A DNA stretch of 52,310 nucleotides, filler included, from Ionaspis alba (Eukaryota): NCBI GenBank assembly GCA_964255285.1. It is 3 parts of 3 records of this genome, joined end to end, with 100 filler letters (N's around TTAATTAATTAA, not from the genome) between each part and the next. Parts side by side here need not be neighbours in the genome. Positions count along the whole stretch, not along the records: positions 34,969 to 52,310 come from CAXUUL010000321.1; 2 more parts are not named here. One strand, given 5' to 3'. The first letter of the stretch is position 1. Each line of letters opens with the position of its first letter. Both the position numbers and the translations under genes were made by a program. Shown here one piece after another: positions 36,562-48,603 of this stretch. Below the pieces are notes generated by a model. That model saw only the letters and a program-made list of their open reading frames with translations. It was not told where the DNA came from and did not search any database.

Positions 36562-37322
36562 GGCGGCGATGTGTTGTGTTGAGTTTGGAAGTAGCGAATT
36601 GGGTATCTAGAAGTGGTAGATCTAGAAAGTGAGATCTAGTGTCGTATCTGCAGTGTCTAACTGTACAAGCTGCAAAGATCAATGTCTGTTGAATGAGGTT
36701 GGAAAAGGAGGAAGAAATGGTACCTTTTATGAAGCTGAAGTTGAGTGGATGGATGTTGTGTTGTGGTGGTGGGGTTTAATGGATCTGGAAAGTGCGGGGC
36801 TTGAAAAGCTCTTGGGGAAGGCGGCCCGATTGATTTTGCTTTGCTGGCTTTGGTAGGAAAAGGGAATCGAGACTCTTTTGAAATGCTGTGATGGGAATCT
36901 GCTACGAAAGCGGTGTGTTTTGCATATGCTGTGGTTTATTGATGCACATGCAGAGACGCAGGGGTTGATTGGGACATTGCGGTATATGGTAGTCTCCAGT
37001 GCCTGAAGCGTCTCCGATCTTAGCTCTTGGAGCCTGAAATGTCCTTCTGTCGTGTTTCAGTACTTCTTCCAGGACCTCTCACCCAGTGGCTGAGCAATAA
37101 GATTGGATAATTATCAATTAATTGTACAGCTTCTCGAATATCAATCTTCCACATCAAACAATCGCTCAGAGGGTATCCAACTCCAAACCTGCGCCACTCC
37201 ACTCTCAATCACCATCCACCAATATTTACACACCGGCAACAACTCTCTTCTCAGTCACGGGCCACCGTCTGAACCGTTATCGTCTTTCCCCAAAGCCAGC
37301 CTCCTGTTTCATAGCATCCCAT

Positions 37323-38328
37323 TCAGAGTCTCCCAACTTCTCCATCTTTAACATATGTTGTCCTCTTTCTCCTTCCAGTGATACAAACAAAGACCCACAA
37401 GAAGGATCCAAGTAGCATTACAGCCGTTGCAACCCAGGTCAGAATCAGGAATGTCGTTCCCTTGTATGCCTCAATACCAATCTGGTTCCCGTATTGATTC
37501 ACGGCGTCGACGATCTTAACGATGAGTACCGTTGCGATGGCAGATGCAATTCCCAGTGCAAGAAAAGCCAGCTAGAAACTTCGAGTCAGCCCCTTGGAAT
37601 TTGCACTTATCTCAAGGGTGTAGGATGGACTCACAAAATCCAGCACAAAATTCAAACTCGCGCTCAAAATCCCACCAGCGACGAACCCGATCAACGCCCC
37701 AACAATAGCCAATCCCGCAAACCCAATCCCAATACAGTAGAGTATAAACATCGCCTTACTCGCCACCTGCAACGCCGTCACAGCCGTCTGCACCTGATCC
37801 GGCCATTTCAAATCCGACAAGCTCGTGCCCGGTTTCAACTCGCTATTGATAATTGTCGTCGGGTCGAAGGTCCCGAGCGCGGTGTGGTTCGAGCAGCTAG
37901 TGATGTTTTTCGTCGGCTGGACTGTCGCGTTGGCGACCGGACCTGGATTGTAGTAGCCCTCGCAGTAGTCGAGCAGGTGCGCGCTGTAGAAGTCGTGGAT
38001 GTTGAGAGTTTGGGCGACGCTGCTGGCGGCGGCGTTGATCTGGCCCTGGACATTGGAGGGAATGGTGGTTGGAACGCCGCTGGGGAGACTGGAGGTTACT
38101 GTGCTGGCCGTTTTGTTCGCGACTGTTGTGCCCAGCATTGACGTGTTGAGCTGATCGTTTGTCAGGATTGCTCTCGCCTGTCTTGCGACGACTGCGGAGT
38201 TGGAGACTCACTGTGAGGAGGTCTACATTCTCCAGGAATCCGGGGTTGGAACCTGCGAAGAGGCAGAGCATGGAAAGCACAAAGGCTGCAATGGCGCAGA
38301 GCAGGGGGAAGACTGCTAGGAAGCGCAT
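37323..38328 (-). CDS. SUR7/PalI-family tetraspan membrane protein, 3 exons
   Basis: N-terminal TM LCLFAGS, LNIHDFYSAHLLDYCEGYY, three further TM helices, GTTFLILTWVAT. The last exon was read manually to TGA at 37323. Confidence 0.88.
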
Positions 38329-39621
38329 CTTGGTGGATGTTGAGGTGTGCAGAAAGGTAAGGCAAGGATGGTGCAGTGGGTTGCAGGTATCGTTATGTGC
38401 AATGTATAATGTATGGTTGAACGAAAGTCACAGACGTCTACAACAGCGAGCAGGAGGAGGGAAATGAGGAGGTGTATATCACACGGCAGAGGGAGGTTTA
38501 GTGAAGTAAGTCAACGAGCAAGGCCGAAAGGCTGGATGAGGTCATTTCACGATATGCTTCACTCAGCTAGCCTTGTACCAGGGGTTATACTCGTATATGT
38601 ACTAATAATGCTCCGGAAAGGCAAACGATGGCCAGGATGAGCTGGTCTCTATTTTCGTCCATTGGGAGGATTGCGTGGAATAGTGCGCAGCAGCCAAACA
38701 CTCCGCAAAAGACGCGTTGGAGGGCTCCCACGTCATAGGAAGTTTTTGCTTGGTTGGCACCTTGGCCAGATCCTTGCCAGAAACATACCTAGCGTCTGAT
38801 TGGCTCTTAGCTGCCAAAAGATTCATATCTTCATAAGATCTGAGCACAACACTTATGTAAAACTCTCTATTTTTGTGCCTATGTGGAGTCCATTGAAAGA
38901 GGCTGTGAACACAGTCAATAAAACTATTCGAGTGCGGGAGAAGCGAAGTTTGCGTGGCCCGTACGTGGACAGAGTCTTAGAAAAATATAGAAAGTAGTTG
39001 TAACAGCCCAATAAGGTTAATGACAATGTTTGGTGTAAGATTGACTGGATCAAATTGTTCAGCCTTTCTTTCTCCTTTCCATCACATGGCAGGCAGAACC
39101 AGGTGCCGCTGAAACTCATGTATCTCCCCGCAAGCCCACGAGAATCCACATCATCGTTACAAGCATCGTTCCTGATCACCTGTGACCGAACGTATCACTA
39201 GCTTCAAGCACTGGTTTTTGGATTTCCGCTGGCACTGACGCTGGGCGCATGTATCCAACGGCGTCTCAAATGCGCCATAATTCCTTCATCCTTAACGGAT
39301 CGATCTTGAACAACGCGAGACTTCCGTCTCCTTTCTAAGGAGCCAATGCCCGGGATGGAGTGGCTGCTCTTAGCGGGTAGGGTCTTTTCTGCTTCGGAAT
39401 GTGCAATAACCAAAGAGTGTTCGAGCTCTGGCACCACAAAGAGCTGCATCTCGTCCGTCGAGCAAAGGACCACCAGCTATTTATTTCCTGTTTGATTTTC
39501 CTTCAAGAGAATATCTGGCTCGTATCAGTGCTGAAGACGTCCGTGCTCCCTAATGGCAATCCCTCGTGTAAACGTCCCAGCAGTCGTTATTTTCTACTAC
39601 CAATATTCATAAGGTGCGACT

Positions 39622-40502
39622 TCACCGCCACTGAACTCCAAATAGGCGAAGTCCTTGGCTCTTCTTCTTCGGAACCTGGTCGGTGTTCCTTAAATATAGT
39701 CTCGGATGTCCTGTCCGCGAATTATCAGAACACGCCTCGAGAAAGCGCGTCATTGTATATACCCTTGACATCTAGAATGAGGTACTTGTATTCATACTCC
39801 ATTGTTTCAGGATCTTTGACCATGTGTACATTCACAACCCCGGAACCTTTGGGACCCTCGACCTACAGGAAGTTCGTCAGCACAATCCCCGAACCTAGAG
39901 GTTGGTGACTGACGTTGAAGTGCATCATGAGGTGATCCTTGCCACTACGGTCTTTCTGTACGGTCGATCTTTGAAACTCTACGTCAGTAGAGTGCCAGCC
40001 TCACTGGTCTTAGAGACTTACGCAATAGGTCTTGCTCGAGCCCATTTGTTCCATGTCGGCTCTCCAAAAGCTCGAATTTTCTTGCCGGGACCGAGTAGTT
40101 CCTGGACCCGAGAGTCGGCGCGAATCTCGTCCACAGCACGGTTGAAGTGCCTTGTCTTACTCTCAGAAGAGAAGACCTCTGTATATAGCAAATATGCGAC
40201 TCCTCCCTAGCAGGGATTAGTGGTTGTAATGAAAGGCCCTGGTAGGCTTCTACCGTCAAGACCGCACCGGTCAGGATGATGCCGAAGTGGAAGGTCTTTT
40301 GCGTAGTACGAGCAATCTTCTCAACCGCACTCAGCTCGCCCCACCGAACACGCCCATCATCATTGACCACTGTCACCTGCTTCCTCGAAGTTGTTGATGC
40401 TTGCCGGACGGAAGAGCTGAATGTATGAGGCCGAGATAGGAGGGCAGCTGCTACGACACGGCTGCAACGAAGCGGCTGTCTTGAATAGACGAGCAGTAAC
40501 AT
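39622..40502 (-). CDS. TIM21: Mitochondrial inner membrane translocase subunit Tim21, 5 exons
   Basis: Presequence, VTVVNDDGRVRWGELS..EKIARTTQ, TM segment, IRAFGEPTWNKWARARPIA, HLMMHFNVEGP, YEYKYLILDVKG, LFGVQWR*. Confidence 0.93.
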
Positions 40503-40780
40503 TATAGAAATCTAAAGTGGGCGACTATTGCCATATCAGGCTGGAGCTTTTCGAAGCTTTGCGAGTCCTGGGAGCAATAAAGTCCGATGCCAAAAACGCG
40601 GGGAATTGCCGAGATCCCAATCGGCTTGGTTTGTGGAGCTGACTAATCCAACTTTCGAGATTCAAAGGCCACTTTATTCTCCGATCAACAAAAGTCCACT
40701 CCTATTTTGTTAGTTGTCTTCATACTACTCAAAGGCAAGCTGAACACAGTGACAGCCTGTCATACAGCTCTCTCTTTATC
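40503..40780. promoter_or_regulatory. Short divergent intergenic region; probable bidirectional promoter for TIM21 and GLO3
   Basis: Head-to-head ATGs 278 bp apart; CCAAT at about 40617. Confidence 0.55.
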
Positions 40781-42525
40781 ATGGCTTCTGCAAGCAAGGC
40801 TCAATCGCAAAAGATCTTCGAGAAGCTGAAAACTAAGCCCGCCAACAAGGTCGGTTGAATCACCTGTTCACGTATCCTAAGACTTGCTGATTTCATAGAT
40901 CTGCTTTGACTGCGGATCGAAAAACCCAACCTGGTCTTCAGTACCTTTTGGAATTTATCTATGCCTCGATTGCTCCTCTGTCCACCGAAATCTGGGTGTC
41001 CACATCTCCTTTGTCAGATCGACCAATCTTGATCGTATGTCCTGGACAAGCTGAAACGAAGAGAAGTTGAGGTTGACACACATGTGCACACAGAATGGCA
41101 ATGGGACCAGCTACGGATCATGAAGGTTGGAGGCAACGAGTCTGCCACTAAATACTTCCAATCACATGGAGGGTCAGCGGCGCTGGCAAGCAAAGACGCC
41201 AAAACTCGGTATACTTCTAATGTCGCTTCGAAATACAAGGATGAGCTCAAGCGGAGAGCCGCAGCGGATGCCCGAGAGTCGGTCTGCTCTCGAACTTTTC
41301 GAAAGAGCACCACTAACAATAAGCCAGATTCCCTGAGGAAGTCATCGTGACGGATATCCTTTCCCCTACTGCTAGAGACGGCTCATCCACACCTTCAGGC
41401 GAACCAGGCGATGACTTCTTCTCGTCCTGGGACAAACCCTCCATCAAGCGACCTAGCAATCCCCCTTCAAGAACCCAAACTCCTCCTGTCATAAGCAGAA
41501 CCGCCTCACCCTTCCTTACTGCAGGCGCAAACGGTAATAGCTCAGCACGACCCAAAACACCCATCTCAAACACAGACACAGACTCAGCTGCCCCAGGCGC
41601 ATCCCGTACAATCTCCTCATCTGCAATCCGCAAGACCGCAACAACGGGTGGACCTCGAAAAGCCAACGTGCTTGGAGCAAAGAAGACGCAGAAGCTGGGA
41701 GCGAAAAAGATTGGTGGTGCCGACGCAATTGACTTCGAAGCAGCGGAAAAGAAGGCGAAAGAAGAGGCGGAGCGGATAGAAAAGCTTGGATATGATCCGG
41801 ATGCTGAGGAGACAGTTACAGAGACTTCGATCGCTTCGCCCATCGAGAAATCCAAAATTGCTTCTCCTACACCGATAAGTCCTCCGCGTGCTGGTTTTGG
41901 AACTACGGCACCACAGGGGCATCAACGTACGCCAAGCGAGCTGGAACGGTTGGGAATGGGCATGTCGAGATTAGGATTTGGCCAAGTAGGTGGTGGAAAG
42001 CCAGCTGCGGCGGCAGCTCCCAAGAAGATGGGTTTCGGCTCGGTGGGGACATCGAAGGCGGTGCAAGAAGGTCGGTCCGACTCTCCCATCTCTCCCGCCA
42101 TCACTCTAACAGACTACAGACGACGAAGAAAAATACGCGCGCTCCAAATTCGGTGCTCAAAAAGGCATTTCCTCCGACGAATTCTTCGGTCGCGCTGCCT
42201 TTGATCCCGCTGCCCAGTCCGAAGCCAAGACCCGTCTCCAAGGATTTGAAGGCGCGACCTCCATCTCCAGTAATGCTTATTTTGGTCGTCCGGAGGATGA
42301 ACATCAACCTGATGAGTATGGCAATTATGGCGACTTGGAAGGCGCTGCGAGGGATTTTGTTAGGAAGTTCGGCGTTACGGCCGGAGATGATTTGGAGAAT
42401 TTGACGCAGGTGCTTGGGGAGGGGGCAAGTAAATTGCAAGGTATGTGGTTGTTGAATGTATGGTTGAGGATTGGAGGTATGCTGACCGTGGTGTAGGGGC
42501 TATACGGAATTACTTGAATAGTTAG
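40781..42525 (+). CDS. GLO3: ADP-ribosylation factor GTPase-activating protein (ArfGAP2/3 type), 6 exons
   Basis: [48 protein letters not shown] zinc finger, [15 protein letters not shown], and the Glo3 motifs [10 protein letters not shown] and [10 protein letters not shown]. Confidence 0.96.
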
Positions 42526-42967
42526 ATGGGGTATCAGAGTATGTTGCGGGGTTGTCAATCAGTTCGGTAGAAGGTGGACTTAATGATGCATTCTTTATCC
42601 TTGTTAGAGATCATCTCAATGATGGGGAGGAGGTAACTGTGCGTCTCATGAGGCTGGCGATGGATTGTGAACGCGTGTCAAACAATCATAGCTCCATCTC
42701 TTGAGGCAGTTCATTCTTCCCTGATTCGCCGATTGATCTTTGTCCACTATGGTAGTGATCGAAACCAAGGGTGGTACTGCTTCGATCACCTACAAGATCG
42801 CTGCTCGAAGTATATACCGGGATCTAGTGTCTATATCCCATGGACGTTAAACTCCTTAGTTCATTAAACCCTGACCTTCAAATGCTGGTCTTAGGCTTCT
42901 GTAAGATCACCTTTCCAACATCACAGGTCTCGCCTTGCCCTTAGCCATACCTTTAAAATGGGCCATG

Positions 42968-43145
42968 TTCTCTCGAATAGTTTTCTTGCCCCCCACCTAG
43001 CTTTTCGTCATACTCGTGCGGGGGCCTCCTCGTCTCCGTATGGGCTATCCTATTTCTCTCGAATAGTGTTTCTTTTCTGCGCACCCTAGCTTTTCGTCGT
43101 GCTTGTAGGGGGTCTCCTCGGTCGTCCAATGGGCTCTCCTATTTT
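42968..43145. repeat. Degenerate tandem direct repeat, two units of about 86 bp
   Basis: ttctctcgaatag..ctagcttttcgtc..gggg.ctcctcg..tgggct.tcctatt starts at about 42968 and again at about 43054. Confidence 0.8.
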
Positions 43146-43206
43146 CGCTCCTGACCTTATCAGGTTCCAAGTCTCATCGCTAGAGGCCCATTATCCCTCT
43201 GTTGCC

Positions 43207-46200
43207 CTACTCCTTCACCTCTTCCACCTCTTCCTCCTCGCTCTTGACCCTCCAAACTGCATCAGCTACCTGAACCACCTGCCCCATCTCCTTCACATCA
43301 TGCACCCTAACCACATCAGCTCCACCCATTACAGCTGCCGACACGGCGCTGGCAGTACCCCAGCCCCTCTCCTTAGGCTCCTTTACGCCTGTCAGCTTAC
43401 CAACGAAGGCCTTTCTGCTGACTCCGACAACCCAAGGTAAGCCTCTCAGCCCTTCCCAATCTCTCAACTCTCCCAATCGTCGTAGAAGCTCTAGGTTCTG
43501 TGCTTTCGTCTTCGCAAAGCCAATGCCTGGGTCCAGCATGATTCGCCATCTTTGTATACCAGCTGCTCCCGCCGCTGCTACCCTAGCGAGCAGTTCAGTC
43601 GCCACTCCCTTGATCACGCCTTCAGGATAGTCTGTCAGGCTTTTCATTGTCTCCGGCGTCCCACGCATGTGCATCAAGATGACGGTACACCCTAATTTGG
43701 CTACGGTAGGCAGCATCTCCGGGTCCATAATACCGGCCGAGACGTCATTAATGATATCCGCACCGGCAGCGATAGCGGCCCTTGCTGTACTGGCATTATA
43801 AGTGTCTATTGAGAGTGGAAGGGAAGCGAATTGTGGTTGCGAACGAATGTAGGATATGGTGGGTAGGATGCGTGCTTGTTCTTCGGTGGGTGACACCTGA
43901 GGAGCGTTTGGCCGAGTGGATTGTCCGCCGATATCGAGAATTAGAGGTGGATTGGTAGGGAGCGAAGTGAGATAGGGGAGGAGCGTCAATGGGTCGAAAG
44001 TGGGCGGAGAGGCGCGCGGCGGGAAGGGGAGGGTGCTGAAAGGTGGGAGATGTTTGGCTGGAAGAGACGGGGAGCTCGTGTGCAGACCTCCGTCCGAGAA
44101 TGAGTCAGGCGTCAGATTCAGGATTGCCATTATATGGGTTCGACGGGTGGAAGAAAGTGAGGTGATTGATGACGCTGTCGAATGAACAGGCGTGATGGGT
44201 GAGAGTGGTTCGGAAAGCTTAGGTAGAGCCATGAGATGCTCACGGAATGTTCCCGGAATGCTGAGATGTTTAGGAAGTTCTTGGTGAGGTATGATGCTGA
44301 ATGAATTAGCAAAAATGGCGGCAGGAAAGAAGGGCGACGTACTCGCAAAGGGGTTGTAGGACAAATGGTCGTTCTAGCATTGACTTGTGAGGGATCTGGA
44401 GGTCTGGCTCGTCAGAATCAATTGTCGAAGGCGCACCGTCTTTAGTCGTGTCTAAAGATTGTTCGTCAAAGAGTAGAATGTCTAAATCGAGACTTCGCGG
44501 GCCCTTATCGATAGTTTTCTTCCTGTCAAGCTTCACCTCAATCTCCTTGAGAACGCTCAAGAGATCTTTCGCACTATGATCTGTTTGTGCCTACTGTAAT
44601 ATAAATAGCCTTCAGGGTCAAAGTAGTGTGGGGTAACTGACCTCGCACACTCCATTTATGAAGGCAGCTTGATCCTCGACATACATCGGCTTTGTCTCGT
44701 ACAGTGAGCTCGTACGAGTGATATTGATGCCCCTGGTAGACATCTCACGACAGGCTCTTTCAATAAACTTCACACGATCGCCCACATTGCTTCCAAGCGC
44801 GATATAGACTCGATGAGAACCATGATGTAGTGGAAATGGGTGGGACGCTGGAGCCTTTGATGATTGGTTTGAACCGTGCCACCGGTTGGACGAGTCTCTC
44901 AAGACTCCATCTGGTGGTTCTGAATTCGCACTCGATACTAGCGGATTGGATTGCGGACCATCACAGCCTAGGGAGGTCGCGCTCTTTGAAGACTCGACCG
45001 TTTTGGTGTTAGGAATTTCTATCGGGCCGATGCCTTCTTCTTCCGTAGGAATCGTTGTGCTTCCTGCTAAAGCATCATTCCCATCGATTGCGTCGAAGGT
45101 GGACTCGGTCGTGCCGGGCGTGATTATATCAGTATTTTCGGTCTCGTCCCGTGCAGGAAAAGAGACATCAGGTAACTTCAGAGAATTGGGTACTTTGATC
45201 CGGTAAAAAGCAGCAATCATCTGTGTAGGGTCGTTCCGCAGAGCTTCGTATTCTGATCGACCATATTGGATGTAAAAGGAGCTGACGCTCCTACGTCCAA
45301 TGATAAGTTTCGCGGAAACACGAGAAAGCGCTTCACATAGCGGACTGTGTTCAGCCTCTTCGAATCCCCGTAGGATAGATTGTCGAGTGGTCGTTTGAAG
45401 TTCATCTATTGTTGGTTCAGAGGTGCAGACGAAGTCTGATAATTTTGAATGGAGGCACGTAACATCTGCTTCGAGTTGGTCGAGGGTCGGAAGTTCGCTG
45501 ACCTGACCCAATTCATTTTCGTGCAAGAAGGGTGGAACAATAGCGCTCTTAGTCTTGAGATGGAATACACCAGTTAAAGGGGAGGTAGCCATGTGGATGG
45601 GAGTAGCCGTCATAGTAGTGTACTTGACGAAGTAATGTCCTCCATTACGCTGACCAGGATGCGACTCTGTCGGGCCGCCAGTCAGGCCATGTGGTTCATA
45701 GCCTGCTTGAAAAGTCACGAGATCCAAATGATCACGGTCATTCTCCCGAATTTCGCGTAAGTCGAATTTGATACGATAGTTGACTCTCTTAATCAAGGGC
45801 GATATTGCCGCTGCTTTGATGCAGGTTTTGAATCCATGAGCACTGTAAGTTTCTTGTGGTGAAAAGGGATAGAGTAGTATTCCTCTCAGCAAAAACGGCC
45901 AGCCCACTGTACCTGCTCTAGTGGTCGCTTGAAGCTGCAATGATAGGCCAGAAATAGTCAAGAAAGCCTCTCTGATTCCTCTCGTCTTATGAGTTTCATC
46001 TAAGACGCTTGCAAGTGTCAGCATAAGGCCGTAAATCCAAAGTCAAGTTTCCGGTTTGCCTCACTCTCTTTTGACCGAGACACATATTTGTTCAGGCAGT
46101 TGCCAGGACTGAGTGTCAGAAGTCTTAGAACCCTTGTATGAAAGCCGCCTACAGGACGATTGAAAGAGCAGGTGAGGAAAGTGTAGAAGGCGCCGATGTG

Positions 46201-46237
46201 ACGAATATCCAAGGGCGTAGGCCCTCGGTGGTCTCAT
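43207..46237 (-). CDS. FOL1: Folate synthesis protein: HPPK + dihydropteroate synthase with a long unassigned N-terminal region; start codon uncertain (46237 or 46024)
   Basis: HPPK: RVYIALGSNVGDR, TSSLYETKPMY, FINGVCE, KGPRSLDLDILL, IPHKSMLERPFVLQPL. DHPS: MAILNLTPDSFSDGG, DIGGQSTRP, SIDTY, IINDVSAG, ILMHMRGTP, LDPGIGFAK, VGVSRKAF, VRVHDV. Confidence 0.88.
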
Positions 46238-46703
46238 TCCCTGGCATGAATAGTAATGATGCACGAGAACGAGAGGTCGATGCTAAGTGCTTTTGCGGCG
46301 ATTACATCGATGTGAACTATGCAATCAAAGAGTGTTTCAACAGCTTTTCAAATAATGGTCTCGAGTGCTAATACTAGGGACTTCGGTAATGACCCAGCGT
46401 AGACGAGAAGCGCTGCCGCAACGCCTGAGCCGAGAGTTCCTTGGCATGCCGCATGATGCAGCGAGGGGAAAGCGGGTGGATCGAAATGCCTCGGCTTGTT
46501 GTTGGAGAATAATGACACGCCCTTCTCGTGCACCTCCATCCTTCTTTTTACATTCTCCAACTTTTACTATCCTCCTTTCTACCCTCTCTCGATACTAATA
46601 ACAGCTTTCTTTTTGTGCTCTGAAAACCATCTATCTGTCAAGACTTCCGAGCCGCTAAGAAACGTCAAGTGGCATCTTCCCGTCTTGCCTCTTCTTCTCC
46701 ACA

Positions 46704-47949
46704 ATGGCTTCGCCACGTTCGTCTCCCAAATTTTGCCTCTGCCCGTCTATTCGCGTGTGGTCATGCTAAATTGAACACAGAACAAATTCGTACAACGGTC
46801 ACTGACCTCCTCAAAATCAATCATCCCGTAATGCTTGCTGGCATGAACGTCGCTGCCGGCCCTAAGCTCGCAGCAGCTGTCACAAACGCTGGAGGTCTTG
46901 GTGTCATTGGTGGTGTTGGCTACACGCCAGATATGCTGAGAGAGCAAATCGCGGAGTTGAAAAGCTTCCTCACGGACAAGAACGCCCCTTTCGGTGTGGA
47001 CCTATTGATTCCCCAAGTGGGAGGAAGTGCTCGGAAAACCAAGTGCGTAGCCCACATTTTTCTGCTTTACTCGTGATTACTGATCGCCCTGCTCTAGCTA
47101 CGATTACACTAAGGGCAAGCTAGATGAGCTCGTTAGCATCATCATCGATAGTGGTGCTAAGCTCTTTGTTTCTGCCGTTGGCGTACCCCCGAAACATGTT
47201 GTCGAGAGGCTCCACAAAGCAGGCGTCTTGTATATGAACATGATTGGACACCCTAAGCATGTTCAAAAATGTCTCGATGTGGGCGTCGACTTGATTTGCG
47301 CTCAGGGTGGTGAGGGAGGAGGTCATACCGGCGATGTACCAACCACAATCTTGATCCCTACGGTCGCCGCCATGGTCAAGGGGAAGAAGTCCCCCATGAC
47401 TGGCGACCCAGTCCAGGTGGTTGCCGCGGGAGGTTTGTTCAACGGACAATCTTTGGCAGCTGCCCTGATGCTCGGCGCAAACGCAGTTTGGATTGGGACA
47501 AGATTTGTTCTTTCCGAAGAGGCTGGCGCACCGAAGGCACATCAGGAGGCTGTCAGGACGTCTGGATTCGATGACAACGTTCGGACCATTATCTTCACTG
47601 TAAGCTAGGTGTCATCTCCGTCGTCTATCAAGTCACTAATATGGTCAAGGGTCGACCACTCCGTGTCCGCATGAATCCTTACATTCAGAATTGGGAAGAG
47701 AACCGTGCCCAGGAGATTAAAGAGCTCACTTCGAAGGGGACCATTCCCGTTGAACATGACTTCGAGACCCTGGGAGACGATATCGATGACGAAACGATGG
47801 ACAATGCACGACCGTTTTTGATGGGCAAGGCTGCGGCGGTCGTCAATGAGAGAAAGAGCGCTAAAGCGATTGTGGATGAGATGGTTACTGAAGCTGTTGA
47901 GTGGATGGCACGGGGACAGAAAATGGTGGCGAAGCAATCTAAGCTGTGA
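46704..47949 (+). CDS. Nitronate monooxygenase / 2-nitropropane dioxygenase-like flavoprotein, 4 exons
   Basis: HPVMLAGMNVAAGPKLAAAVTNAGGLGVIGG, PFGVDLL, AQGGEGGGHTG, VVAAGG, LGANAVWIGTRF, FTGRPLRV, PFLMGKAAAVV. Confidence 0.93.
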
Positions 47950-48603
47950 AAAACATGTTAGATTTCCAGAACTGGGCTTAGCGGCAAGGTGGGGATGATT
48001 GGACATAGTGTTCGGTAGAATTCCATAGTCAACATTGCATGCATAGGCTACTCATCTATAGGTCTCCAACTTCCTGTTTACTCGATAGCTGTTCTCTCAA
48101 TCTACAGTATGCTATACAAAAGAGATAAAAACGCCCGCAAATCTCATGTGTCAGTAGGCTTGTGGTATTAGACGATATTTTGGGACGAAGCATACGGGAG
48201 GGAGCCCCATTATTGAAAGGGGAAAGGTTCTTAATCTACCGCAGGGACGAAGCGCAATTCAGTTATCCAAGGACACGAGCGATGGTGGGCGGAGCTCATT
48301 GCTACCTGGGACGAAAACCAAGACACAACCGTGGATTGAATTGAATAAATTTTGTACAGGAGTAGAAGACTCTCGGCACTAAATACTAAATAGCTCCAAG
48401 CAAACTCCAACCCAACTCTAAGCCCGACCAAGAACAAATATAACAACTTCCGAATTTCAATCAAACATAATACCGCACCCTTCTCAAGCCCTTGTCCAGC
48501 CTCCGCTTCGCCAAATCAGCTCGACGACCCTCGCCACTCTCGATCAATACGGTAAGTCTCGAGAATGACATCCGCTTGATTTCTCGCTTGTCTACTCACT
48601 GCG

